A DNA stretch of 64,000 nucleotides, taken from the NCBI GenBank assembly GCA_002269645.1, contig NIVC01001013.1:1-64000 (forward strand), read 5' to 3'. The first letter of the stretch is position 1, and each line of letters opens with the position of its first letter. Shown one piece after another: positions 1-12,050 of this stretch. Position numbers and translations under genes: made by a program. The notes under the pieces are model-generated. The model was not told the DNA's origin. It saw only the letters and a program-made list of their open reading frames with translations, and made no database searches. This stretch comes from Macrostomum lignano (lineage: Eukaryota).

Positions 1-333
1 GCAATAAAAATATGTGAACAATTATTCAATGGCGCAACTATCAAGAAACCTTTAGATTGACGGACAAAGGTTCAATAAAAAGTGCAAAAATCTTAAACAA
101 AACTCAAATCAAAACTGCAAACTTCTGCGTCCTAAAGTGATTGCAGGCCAGTACCGGTTCCTGGGTTTCCGCTGATCCAGGACCTCACCTGTGGACACAC
201 GTTCGATGTTCAAATTAGCTATTAGTGCGCAACCCTTTCTTCTCACACTTTAACCGATTCGCTTCAAGTCCTTTCCTTGCTACTCTTCCAGTAGACGATC
301 TCTTATAGAATCGCTTTGTGTCGAACATTTCAG

Positions 334-2954
334 GGAATCACATTCGGAAACTGCATGTACTTTACTATCGTCACAATGAGCACGGTCGGATTCGGAGACT
401 ATTCGCCAAAAACTGACTGGGGGAAATTCTTCATCTCTTTCTACATAATGGTGGCCCTGGGCATATTCGCCTCCTTCATCCCCGAGATTGCCGAGATCAT
501 CACCAGTCGAAGTCCCTATGCCGGCCGTTACAAGAAGGAGCACGGCAGGCGTCACGTGGTTGTCTGCGGAGCCGTGACCAAGGAGTCCATTGAGAGCTTC
601 CTGGAGGATTTCCTGCACGAGGACCGAGAAGACACTGATGTTGAAGTTGTCTGCATCAATAAGAAGGCGCCCAGCTTGGAGTTTCAGTCCCTGTTGAAGA
701 GGAACTTCGGTCATCTAGTCTACTTTATTGGTAGCGTGCTCAATCCGACAGATTGTCAGTGAGTTCGGGATAGCTTGATGATTCTGTGCATTTTTGCTTG
801 GTTTCCTGTGATCAGTCTGTATCTACTTGGGATCACTATATGGCTCACGTCTTAAATCTGGTGCCTAGATATGCTTCTAATTGACTTAGCCTATCCATTG
901 AACCTTTTCCGCGCTGAATTCCAACCGCAGACGAATCCAGCCATTTCCAGCGTTTATCACTTTGATCAGTATTTTCGTTTTTCACCCAACTCCAGGCGAG
1001 TCTGTCTGGAGTCCTCAGCGGCCGCCATCATCCTGTGCAACAAGTACGACGAGGACCCAGATGCCGAGGACGCATCCAACATCATGCGGGTGATCTCTAT
1101 TAAGAATGTATCCCCGAAGACTCGATGCATCATTCAGCTGCTGCAGTATCACAACAAAGGCTATCTGCTGAACATTCCCAACTGGGATTGGCGGCTTGGT
1201 GACGAATGTCTCTGCGTGGCCGAAATGAAACAGGGCTTCCTGGCTCAGAGCTGCCTCGCGCCGGGCTTCTCAACCCTGATGGCAAACCTGTTTTCCACGA
1301 GGGCCATGAGCGACTCGCATCTTATTGGCAGCTGGGAGAAGGACTATCAGGATGGCAGCGCCATGGAGATTTACTCCGAGTACTTTAGCGACTCCTTCGT
1401 GGGAATGACCTTTCCAGGAGGCGGTGATGCTCTGCTACAACAAGCTGCGGGTGATTCTATTCGCCATCGAAGCCAAGAACAGCGAAGGAGACCGCTTCCT
1501 TTCAATCAACCCCCCAGGCAGATCCGCCATTATTTACAACGCTGTCATGGATTTTTTGTTGCTGACTCTCAAGAGGAGGTTCGAAGGCCTACCTGTACTG
1601 CAACAGGTGCCACCGGGACTTGGCCGATCCCCGCCAAATTCGGAAATGCAGCTGCCAGACGGAGGTCAGCGGCCCGGAATCGCCGGGTCACGACGGTGCT
1701 CATGAGGTGACACGTCTGAGAGGCAACAGCGCAAATGTTCGCCGACCCGAAATTCAGGTTGCCTCACGGAAGAAGGTGCTGGCGCGCGGTGCAAGAGACG
1801 GAGTTTGGGGCTGACGAGCAGCAGCGTACGGCGAGTACTCCGGCGACGACCCAAGCAAGCAGTCGACTGAATACTTCGACCTAACAGGCATGTTTCATTG
1901 GTGTCCCGAACGGAATTTCGAGGATGTAATGCTGAAACCCGGTAGTGCTGCTCGGCTGAATCTGCGCGAGCACTACATAGTGATAGTGTTTGCGGACAGT
2001 GACTCGCACCTCATCGGTCTACGCAGTTTTGTCATGCCGCTGAGAGCCAGCAACTTTCATCTGAGAGAGCTGAAACCTATTGTGTTTATTGGAAATTTGG
2101 AGTTCTTACAGAAAGAGTGGCAGTCGTTAAAGAACTTCCCGAAGTTGTACATGTTCCCCGGCTCGCCCATGAACCGCGTCATCCTGCGCAGCGCCAAGAT
2201 CAACCTTTGCGACATGTGCGTCATTATGAGCGCCAAGTCCAAGTGGAAAGAGCAAATGGATCCCTACCTAATGGACAAGGAGGTCGTGCTGTGCACTCTC
2301 AACATTAAGGCGATGTCATTTGCCGACGAACTGGATACAAGCGTTCAAGCCCAGATGCAGGCATTTCAGAGCAAGGACGCCCAGGCGAAATCCATGATGT
2401 CCAAGGTCGCCGTGCCGATTCTCACCGAAATTTTCGTGGGAAAAAACATCCAATTCTTAGACCAAGACGACAACGACTCGGACGAGGAGGAAATCTACAA
2501 CTCTCAGCCGTACGCCTGCGGCAACGCGTTCACTACTGACGTCCTGGATTCGCTCATGTCCACAGTGTTCTACAACATGAACGCCATGACCCTCATTCGA
2601 ACTCTGGTGACCGGTGGTGCAACGCCAGAGATGGAGGTGCTCATGGCGGAAGGCCTCAGCATGGACGGTACGGAGGCTACTCCAGAGATTGAGGCCAACA
2701 GAAACCGTTGCCGCATCATGCAGCTGTCGATGTTGGACGCCAGGCTGCGCCCCTACGGCCAGTTAACCTACGGCGAGCTGTTCACTGGCGTTCTGAAATC
2801 GCACGGTATTCTCTGCTTCGGTGTCTACCGGTACAGGGACAGCTACAATATGGGCGAGCCGCAGACCACGAAGCGGGTAGTTGTCACGAACCCGCCAGCC
2901 GAATTCCGGCTGCTTAACTCCGATTTAGTGTACTGCTTGGTGCCGTTCCAGTGA
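334..2954 (+). CDS. KCNMA1: Calcium-activated BK/slowpoke potassium channel alpha subunit, 3' part (pore, S6, RCK1, RCK2). Exons 334-758 and 996-2954, with several 1-nt indels at ~1417-1830; the 5' exons lie outside the window.
   Basis: Motifs TMSTVGFGD filter, HVVVCG, FLHEDRED, LLNIPNWDW, QSCLAPGFSTLMANLF, YCNRCH, GMFHWC, calcium bowl QFLDQDDNDSDEEE, VVTNPP. Phase-2 GT-AG intron 759-995 joins DCQ/RVCLE. Confidence 0.88.
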
Positions 2955-3536
2955 TGAAGTACAGCTTCATCACAGGAGTACATGTAGCACAGCTAACATC
3001 GTGTGAGAGTAGGTCCGGTAGACTGCTCGGACCACAGTTTTAATTTGTTATTTTTGCAGTAAGTTTTTGGACAATTTCATTACCCTTAAAATTAAGCCAA
3101 TTAATGAGGTCACAAAGGATCATATTTTGTTTAATTAAAAAAGAAAAGATATAATCCTTTATGGAGTAGCTAATTCAAGGTCTGCGTAAGATGAGTAAGA
3201 GATTTTTGTTGTTTTTTGACGATGATTGGTCTTTCAGATAGTATGATGGTTTTAAAGATGGGAGATTTAATGCTCTGCGATTCATAATTATCGGTCGATG
3301 AGATTGAACTGTCGAATTTTCCTCAGATAATTCGATTGAAGCTCGAGTCTCATTTTATGTTTTTCGATTTTTTACTTTAATTGGGTTGCGTTTTTTTGCT
3401 TCTTTAATTAGCAAGCCTCACAATTTTCAAGTATTCCGAGCCCAAATCTGCTGCTTTACTGCTTTGCTTCTGACATGCACTCTTTACTTTCCCTCTTAGA
3501 TGCAAGGCTCACAGTTTTGGAAATTGAAAACATTGC

Positions 3537-3684
3537 CAGTAGCGCAACCAGAAATTTGTTGAGGGGGGGGCGGATTCTGGAAGGTGGCTCTGTTTTGGTG
3601 AAAATTCGCTTGGCCCCTTTGATTTTTTTCCGGTCTCCGCCTTAAGCCTTAGGCGACCGCCCCCCCCCCCTGGTTGCGCCACTG
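3537..3684. mobile_element. hAT-type MITE (148 bp)
   Basis: TIR CAGTAGCGCAACCAG / CTGGTTGCGCCACTG, perfect 8-bp TSD AACATTGC (3529-3536, 3685-3692). An inverted relative lies at 34700-34888. Confidence 0.85.
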
Positions 3685-5531
3685 AACATTGCGAGTTGTT
3701 TTTGTAAAAAAAAATCCAATCGTTTCTTCCCTTGCATCTATTTATAACAACTTGAAAATGTTCAATTAAATTTACTTCTTTTAATGGTACGAAATGCCTG
3801 CCCCCTAGCCTAAAACTAAGGACCTCTAGCAGTATACTGCAATGGTCCTTTCCTAAAACCTGTGTGCCGCCGAATAGTGCCGTGACCGACCTTATTGTCG
3901 TGATCTTTTTGTTTTTCTACTGCACTATATGATGCATCTATTCTATCTTTCCGTTTAAATTTCAAAATACCATCGACGTTTAAACATTGAGGGATAAAAT
4001 TAATATAAATATAAATATAGAATTAAGGCATAGCATAACTGATGCAACAGTCCGAGCTGAATTTTAAATTTCAAAAGATTAAATTCATTTTATAACTGTT
4101 TAACACCACGAACAAGATCATGTGTATTTTAGGATTGGTTCAAACAATAAAAGTTCGGACTGTAGCATTCAGGATCGATTGCTATGTACGTAGTTTTACA
4201 AGCATCTAACAGTTTAATGTAGTGTTTCACAAAATCAATGTATTTCACATATAAATTTTTTTTCTTTCGACAGAAAAATAAATTTGGAACGAATGTTTAG
4301 CTAGGTGTTTATAACATGTAAGCCGTATTTTTGTTGTCATCACCTCTGAGCTGAGCTCTGGCTCCGCTTAGTTAAGCTAAATAGAAGTTAATCTTCCTGT
4401 TTTTAACTGTGAAATGAAATGAAATCATATATAGCCAAAAACGAAGAAATCTGCTGGGATAAGTTGCCAGATGATTGCCAGAGCAGAGGTAAGTAATATA
4501 GGGGCCATGCAATGTGTAGTACATGAACTGTAGATAGGGTAGTACACGGAAACCGTAGTAGTAGGATCCCTTAGACTTGGAAAATATCTCAAATTTAAAT
4601 ATCCGCTCGAAGTCGAAGGAATCATTAAAAGAGACCAGACTTTAGCAAAAAGCGAATAATTCCAACTAAAATTAATTATTTTTTTCAGTAAACCATATTG
4701 TGTCAGGAACGGAATACATTCGATAATGATCCTTGTTACGTACATTCGAAAAGGAGGATCAGAAAGGAGTTATATTTGGAAATTTGATTGAAATGAAATG
4801 AGTCACATTACATGATCCTTTGTAGTGTTTCAATTTTGTCATAACTTTGATTGTTTAAGCTGTCGAGGCTCATGCATCCAGGGAAATTTAAAGAGGTGAA
4901 AATTTGCTTAATTTGAAGTTGCGATTAAAATTGACCCAAGTATATGTATTATCGGGAAAAAGTAGTCTTTATTTTGACGAGCTCTGTTTTTTTTAAAAGT
5001 AAAAAATACTTCTTTAATACTACTTATAAATTTTACAAGTCACGTCTAAGCTCGCAACCTTTCAGTTGTTATAATAAGATAAAAATTTAAACAGCCAAAA
5101 CAATGTTTAGCGCACTGATCGATCGCGCGGGCTCGATCATTGAGATCTAGATCGGCCTACGGTTCAGGCCTATCTGGAGTCTAGACTGAGCACTACTTTT
5201 TATGACTCATGATTGCAAGTAACAGGATTAAATGACTCCCTCACGAATATACATCTAGGCATAATAGTGTTCGTTGGTTATTGAAGTTAAAGAAATGTGC
5301 ATAAATTGTAAAGCAGCGCTGGTTTTATTTTTATCTATTTTTCAATTAATAAATGTCTCCTTTAAAATAGGCCTAGGCCCCTACTTGTTAACATCCACTA
5401 TACCAATACTAGTAATAATAACAAAATTAGTTTTGTTACTCTATAATAGCAAAATTTTAACTTAGGATAAGCCTAAGCCTATTTTATTTCTGTGTAGCAT
5501 TTTAATAAATTTATAGGCCTAGGCAGACTAA

Positions 5532-6768
5532 GGCAGTGCATATCCCCACGGTACTGTAGGAATAATTTCTGTCTTATTCCAACAGTACTGTGGGAATAAT
5601 TTTCTGCTTATCCACACAGCACACTAACATTAACAAGATAGCTGCCCCATCTTTTACATATGCCGTGGTAATAATTTTCTGCTTATCCGCACGGCATACT
5701 GACAAGATAGCTGCCATATCTTTTACATATATATGCTGTACGTGAATAGTTTATAGCTTTTTAAAGGGAATTTAAATTGAGGATACTAAGAAGCTGTTGA
5801 TCTGGATCAACACCATGACCAGCGTTTTTGGCATTCTTTTCTCTTATGATGCCTGCTATGCATTTCAAATGGACGGCCCCTGTTCATTTTATGATGCCCA
5901 TAGAAAGCATATGGCATAGGCGTGATGGTGTAGTTTCTGTATAATTTTTGTTTTATAGCTATACACATATTTTGTATTTCGTATACTTGATAGATTGTTG
6001 TTCATTAATGAAAGGCAAGTTATATATTCTGTTTCGTTTTACGATGCCTTTGGTGTAATTCAGTCCATTATAGGCATCGCAAAACGAAAGTGAGGGGGGT
6101 TATTTTGGGTCCTTAAATTGGTTTACCACTTTTGTCTCCTCTTCTTTATCAATTCTCAGGACTCTTCATATAATGTATAAGTTCAAGTCCAAGAGTGCTG
6201 CTATAATATCCATTTCGTTTAGCAATGCCCCAGACGTTGTAATTATTCATAAGGCATCATAAAACAAAACTGATTATAATGGCTCGATAGCTTCAGTTGC
6301 TAATGAGGGTGGACACAATGTTAAAGTATGTGAGTCGTGACATTTCCGTGGAAATATAGTTAGAAGTACAAACCAACTGTGTGACTGAATTTAAGACCTC
6401 TGAAACACTGCTCTCTTCCATTGTAAAGTATACATTTTTAAACCCTTCTTGCTTATTTAACATGGGCATTGTAAGACGAAACAGATACAATTTTGGGCAT
6501 CGTAAGATGAAAGAATGCTGCGTTTTTTTGTATTAAAAAAGCTATTAAATCTTTATTTCTATTAAACAAATTGTCAAGCAAAGTTATGTTGTTAGGCCTA
6601 TACTGCACTTAAATCGTAAGTGCTGAACTAAATTATCCCACAGCACATGTAAAAGATAGGCCAGCTATCTTGTCAGTGTGCCATGCGGATAAATAGAAAA
6701 TTATTCCCATGGTACCATTGGAACAAGACAGAAATTATTCCTATGGTACCGTGGGGATAAGCACTGCC
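5532..6768. mobile_element. Non-autonomous DNA element with long imperfect TIRs (foldback or Harbinger-like)
   Basis: Ends GGCAGTGCATATCCCCACGG / CCGTGGGGATAAGCACTGCC; the inverted match continues >130 bp. Internal inverted GGCATC motifs. TSD unclear (TAA/AAA). Confidence 0.6.
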
Positions 6769-6890
6769 AAATTTATATGACTGTCATCTTTGAGTATACT
6801 ATTAGGGCCTAATGTTACAAAATATTTTTAATAGGACCATTAGGCAATTAAAAGTTAGAACTGGCTTGAGCAAGGAAGTGAACTTCTTAA

Positions 6891-7674
6891 GGCTCATTCC
6901 ATATAAGATGGACATATTTGGAAAATAGAAAAAAGTCAATATTTTTGCTTGCCATTGCCTAATTAGCCTATTTTTTACCAAATGTTTATATTGTGCAATA
7001 TATACAATCTAAGAATAAAGGAATGGTAAAATGTTGGATTAGTATGTTATCAATTGGCAAAAAGTCATTTTTGTAAAAATTTGGACATTTTTCGAAGCAA
7101 AAGACATCATTAAGATTTTGTACCTTTTAAAAACAAATAGAAAGCTTTTGAAGGTTGAAACAAACTATAGATAAAAGTATAGTACTTGCATCATCAGATA
7201 AAAGCATTGGTGACCAAATAATCTATTATATTTTTAATGTATTAGTACCTCAAAGTTACTGAATTGACAGAAAAAAATATGTTACAACCATAATGTTACG
7301 ACCATAAGGCTGCCTTTTCTTTTGTATCTTTGTTGCCTTTAAGTTTATATATTCTAATAAAAGAGTATAATTTCTAAAGATGTTCTTAGTCAAATTTTAA
7401 AAATGTATTGCAAAATATCAAAAATGAAAAATGTTATAAGACTTTTACCTTTTAGTTTCTATATGTCAAAAATCCTGTCGTTACGACCATAAGTGTCATT
7501 TAAGGTTTAATAGCATCTATACTAATGATGATATCTATATGAAACTCTATAAATATATTCTAGACAAAATAATCTTTCATTTAAAATATTGGTTTAGTAT
7601 ATTCTATTATTAGATTTCATTTTATAAGTAAAAATAACCTGTCATGTTACGACCATGCTTATATGGAATGAGCC
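6891..7674. mobile_element. Kolobok-like non-autonomous DNA transposon (784 bp), copy 1
   Basis: Perfect 17-bp TIR GGCTCATTCCATATAAG, TTAA TSD on both sides, internal GTTACGACCAT motifs. Second copy at 52013-52799. Confidence 0.8.
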
Positions 7675-7732
7675 TTAATACTTCTGATTTTAATTTTTAT
7701 AAAATTGTTTTTTTAATTATTAATAGTATAGG

Positions 7733-8011
7733 CAGTGGCAGATCTAGAGTTTCATTTTGGAGGGAGGGCAGTCCAAGTTTTGGGTGTCAATAAGGAGTAT
7801 GAGAAGCGCCAATTTTTAAGCTAAAAGGTCCAAAAAATGTGTGTAAAGGGCAAAAAATCAAGCTTAAGGGCCCAAAAAAGGCATTTAGATGTGAAAAATC
7901 AAGTTTAAGGGGTGTAAATTTAGGTTTTTTTGGGGGGTGCTATATGTTTTGTCAAGCTATTTGAGGGGGGCAGCCCTATCTCCCCCCACTCCTCCCCTAA
8001 ATTTGTCCCTG
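7733..8011. mobile_element. Decayed hAT-type MITE
   Basis: TIR CAGTGGCAGATCTAG versus CTAAATTTGTCCCTG; 8-bp TSD AGTATAGG/AATATAGG (7 of 8 match). Confidence 0.65.
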
Positions 8012-8410
8012 AATATAGGTTAAGCCTAAATTAAAGACTAGTGAGAATTTAAAACTTATAAATTTCTAACTTTTGAGTATAAGGCCTATAATAGGCCTAT
8101 CATAGATAAAATATTAATATTCTCAAATTGTTTATTAAACTATTTTTTCAATGTTTCTCACATTTTCTCTATTTTAGAAGCATGTTTAGATATCCTTCAA
8201 GCTATAAAACAGTAAAAGTAATAACATTGTTTTTTGAGCACTTTTTCCATCTTTAGCAATTCCTAAAAATTCTTAACATTTTAAGGGCAGCCTCCTAATA
8301 TAGTGTTAAAGACTTGATAGTTAATGGTCTTAGCAAAAACATAAGTCTAGTTACTTAGACTTCCTTTCCCTCTAACCAATTCATCCCTTTGGACCATAGA
8401 CACTTCCAAT

Positions 8411-9201
8411 GGTTTCCATGCATTTTGGTGCCCATGCTTTTTGGTGCCCTAGTTTATGACACCAAAATGATGATAATAAAAAAGAAATTCTATAAAAACT
8501 ATAATAAATACTTTACAAAACATTTGATATTCCTAATAAAAATAGTACATGTTAATTTTGTTAAACTGGTGCATTTCTTAAATTTGGAAAAAAATGGCTA
8601 ATTTAACTGCATGCATTTGCTATACGACGTACCATGCAAATATGCAATATAAGCTGGCTGCACTTAGCAAGCGTGCTAGTGCTATGAAGACTTAGTTTGG
8701 TAAATTTGAAATCCATCAACAATGCTACATGTAGCTTTGATGGAAATTATGAAATATGACAATTCTATACATGTATTTTAGTTAGTATTGATTTTTTGAA
8801 TCATACAAATGTTTCTTTTCACAAAACTGCCTAAGAAATGAAGCAAATATTATTTACTGAACTGAAATATTTTGGGGCATAACTTTTGAACCAAAATCTG
8901 TAAGGTTTTTTACAAGCGCATTTGGGACATTATTTTGAAATTTTGATGCGGCGGAGATGTGGCTATAGCGTCATGGTCAAGTACATACAATCAAGTAATC
9001 AAAAATCATTTTTTAATTAAAACACTAGGTCAGCTTAACAAAATGACCTTAGTTTTTCAAAGTAAATAAGAACTAAAAAGACAAAGCACTTATTACTACA
9101 TTAGGGCTTAATTTCTATATTTTTGTGTCCAATTCTAATGTATAATTTGGGCACCGAAATGCCAGGCACCAAAATGCCAGGCACCAAAAAGCGTGGATAC
9201 C
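8411..9201. mobile_element. Non-autonomous TIR element with GG termini (Merlin-like)
   Basis: GGTTTCCATGCATTTTGGTGCC / GGCACCAAAAAGCGTGGATACC, subterminal GGCACC repeats, TSD CTTCCAAT/CTTCCAAC. Confidence 0.6.
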
Positions 9202-9591
9202 CTTCCAACAAGCATTAGTGCCATGTCAAACAATACATGTCTGATTTATCCTTTTTGTTTGCAACTTAGCCTTGTACTTTTCAGTTAGCCAATTCCTTTT
9301 GTCTACCATGCTCTTCTCTACAGACAATCTCAGCTGTTAATTTATCACAAATATTTCAGCTAACCTGTTTGCTAGTTAATATAAATAATATAAGTTTAAC
9401 TTATAGCCTTTACTTCTTTTTTGCCCCACTCTAGTTTAAAGATAGAAAAAAGTGCTTAAAAAACAGTTGTTAATTTTATTGTTTTAATAGCTTAAAGGAT
9501 GTCTAAACATGCTAAAATCAGCTTCTAAAGTGGAGAAAATGCAAAAAACATCCTCTAAAAACAAGTGGCTGACAAAATTATTGATACTCAT

Positions 9592-9870
9592 AGTCTGTAA
9601 CAACTACTCTCTTGACTTGTTCGAGGATTTATTAACCCTCAACAAGATTACCAACACTTGTAGTCTGTAACAACTACTCTCTTGACTTGTTTAAGGATTT
9701 ATTAACCCTCAACAAGATTACCAACATTTGCAGTCTGTAACGACTACTCTCTTGACTTGTTCAAGGATTTATTAACCCTCAACAAGATTACCAACACTTG
9801 TAGTCTATAACAACTACTCTCTTGACTTGTTTGAGGATTTATTAACCCTCGACAAGATTACAACACTACT
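9592..9870. repeat. 70-bp tandem repeat, ~4 copies
   Basis: Unit AGTCTGTAACAACTACTCTCTTGACTTGTT... recurs at a 70-bp period. Confidence 0.9.
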
Positions 9871-9899
9871 CTCTTGACTTGATCTGCTCACGGCTAGTG

Positions 9900-10800
9900 C
9901 AACTGCAAACACTTTAGATAAACCATTGGAGCATACACCAACAAAAATTGGATTAGCATCTATCTTAATAAGAAAGTTGCTTTGCCTATTAGGCCAGTTA
10001 GAGCTATTTGGAACTATGCCACAGTCTCCATTTAGACACCCAGCTATGCCAAACAATATGGTTGGCTGACTCATGTTTCTAATTGTCAAATATGACAATA
10101 GAATCATTCAGCCCATTGACACACTAAGCAGCTATGATAGACTATATGCTAGTGATAGTCAAACCTCTTGCACACAATCAGGGTGCAACAATTTTTCAAT
10201 TGTCACCTGTATGGAGGATGGGCACAGCCTCACATTATGGACGCTACAATGCCTCCAAAAAGCAGATCAATTCACCTTGCAATTTTGAGGCTTTATTATC
10301 CCTCAGATTAAAGATTGACCCACATAGTCAAATAAAAGTGACTACTCTTAGCAGCTGCCTTGAGCCACAACAGATGCAAGGGTTTGTAGGTTAGCATTTT
10401 CAGTCAACTGCTCAACTCTAATTTATTGGCTGAAGCAGGGTTCCATTATCCCTTGCTGGTGGCCATATACCAACACTGCAGACACTTTAGACAACCCAAT
10501 GGAGCATGCTCTAGCAAGAGCTAGAATAACGTCTATCTTAAAAAAGAAACGCTACCTTAGAACTGGGCTAGTAAGAGCTTTTGGAACCATGCCATAGCTC
10601 CATCTAGACACCCAGCTGCACTAGACAGAGTAATCTGATATACTAAATAACCATGACAGACTATATGCCATTGGGAGTCAAACCTCTCTAGCACAATAAG
10701 AATGCAATAGTTTGTCAAAGAGCCAACAAAGCTATCACCTGCAAGGAGGGTGGGCAGAGCCTCATATTACAAGTGCTAGCGTTTGTTGATATATGGCACT
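9900..10800 (+). pseudogene. Two diverged, heavily decayed fragments resembling the post-RT region of an RTE-like LINE
   Basis: 9900-10390 and 10470-10800 are homologous. The stop-riddled frame AIWNYATVSI..LTHVSNCQI..SNLLHTIRVQQF loosely resembles LLYGSETW..RCLRRI..IRxRRL. Confidence 0.35.
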
Positions 10801-10819
10801 TCACCCCTCACAGTTTAGC

Positions 10820-11195
10820 TTAGTAGTTGCCTTGAGTCCCACTAGAAGCAAGGATTGATTATCTATTGCAGGTCAGCATAGCAGTTGCCTTGAGCCACAA
10901 CAGAAGCAAAGATTGATTATCCATCACAGGTCAGCATAGCAACTGCCTTGAGCCACAATAGAAGCAAAGATTGATTATCTATCGCAGGTCAACATAGCAG
11001 CTACCTTGAGCCACAATAGAAGCAAAGATTGATTATCCATCGCAGGTCAACATAGTAGCTGCCTTGAGCCACAACAAAAGTGAGGATTGATTATCCATTG
11101 CAAGTTAGCATAGCAGCTGCCTTCAGCCACAACAGAAGCAAGGATTGATTATCCATTGCAGGTCAGCATAGCAGCTGCCTTGAGCCACAACAGAC
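10820..11195. repeat. 58-bp tandem repeat, ~6 copies
   Basis: Unit GCATAGCAGCTGCCTTGAGCCACAACAGAAGCAAGGATTGATTATCCATTGCAGGTCA. Confidence 0.9.
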
Positions 11196-11559
11196 AGGAA
11201 GACTAGTCTTATCTGTAACTTCATCGAGATTCGGGTCAATGGGAGCTGATCCCTGTGGATTTGCTAGATCACTTGGTCTAGATCACTGAGGAATTCCGAC
11301 TGAACTCCCAAAATCTTATTCAGAACATTTTCATTTGGAAAACCTAAAATTTGGGTCTACAATCAGAATTTAGCAGTGTTCCACGTGAAAAATTTTGAAA
11401 AATGCAGCTGGAACAGCTTTCCTTTTTCCAAACTTTTGCAGGTCACATTTTCTAGAAAAAAGGCTATTTTGGGCCAAAAATTCTGATTTAGGCCTTCACT
11501 TGGAACTCAATTAATTAATCAGGCCCGGATCATAAAATTCTGGGTGAAAAGTACAATGG

Positions 11560-12050
11560 GTTCTTACAGACCGGATAATACTAAGGCATCTTGATTGAAA
11601 TCTTGTACTGTTATCTGCTTTTCAAACAAGATTCGCACCATGTTACCTTGTAAAATTCCGATTCAAACAAAGATTCAATCAACCAAGATAACAGAGAATT
11701 ATCTGGTGGCAAATCTTGAATTGTTATCTGATTTTCAAAAAAGATTTTCACTTTGTTATCCTGTAAAATTCAGATAACTCACCAGATAACAGTCAAACAA
11801 GAAAAAAATATCTGGTGGTGAATCTTGTCATGTAATCTGATTTCTAAACAAGATTTGGGCCATGTTATCTGGTGAAATTCAGATAACTTACTAGATAACA
11901 GGCAAACCAGATAACTCTAAAGTTACCTAGTGACAAATCTGGTGGTTTCACTAGTTTCACACCTCAAACAAGGAAATCGGTAGTGAATCTGACAAGATTT
12001 GCAAATTATCTTATGGTGTTATCTGGTTTATTTACCAGAAGGTAGCCACA
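11560..12050. repeat. Degenerate repeat built of TTATCTG/CAGATAAC and AAACAAGAT motifs (old TIR element or diverged tandem array)
   Basis: The motifs recur many times in both orientations. Confidence 0.4.

Noticed and set aside
871-995. N-terminal part of the 279-aa ORF as BK coding sequence
   Set aside because: It falls inside the 759-995 intron.
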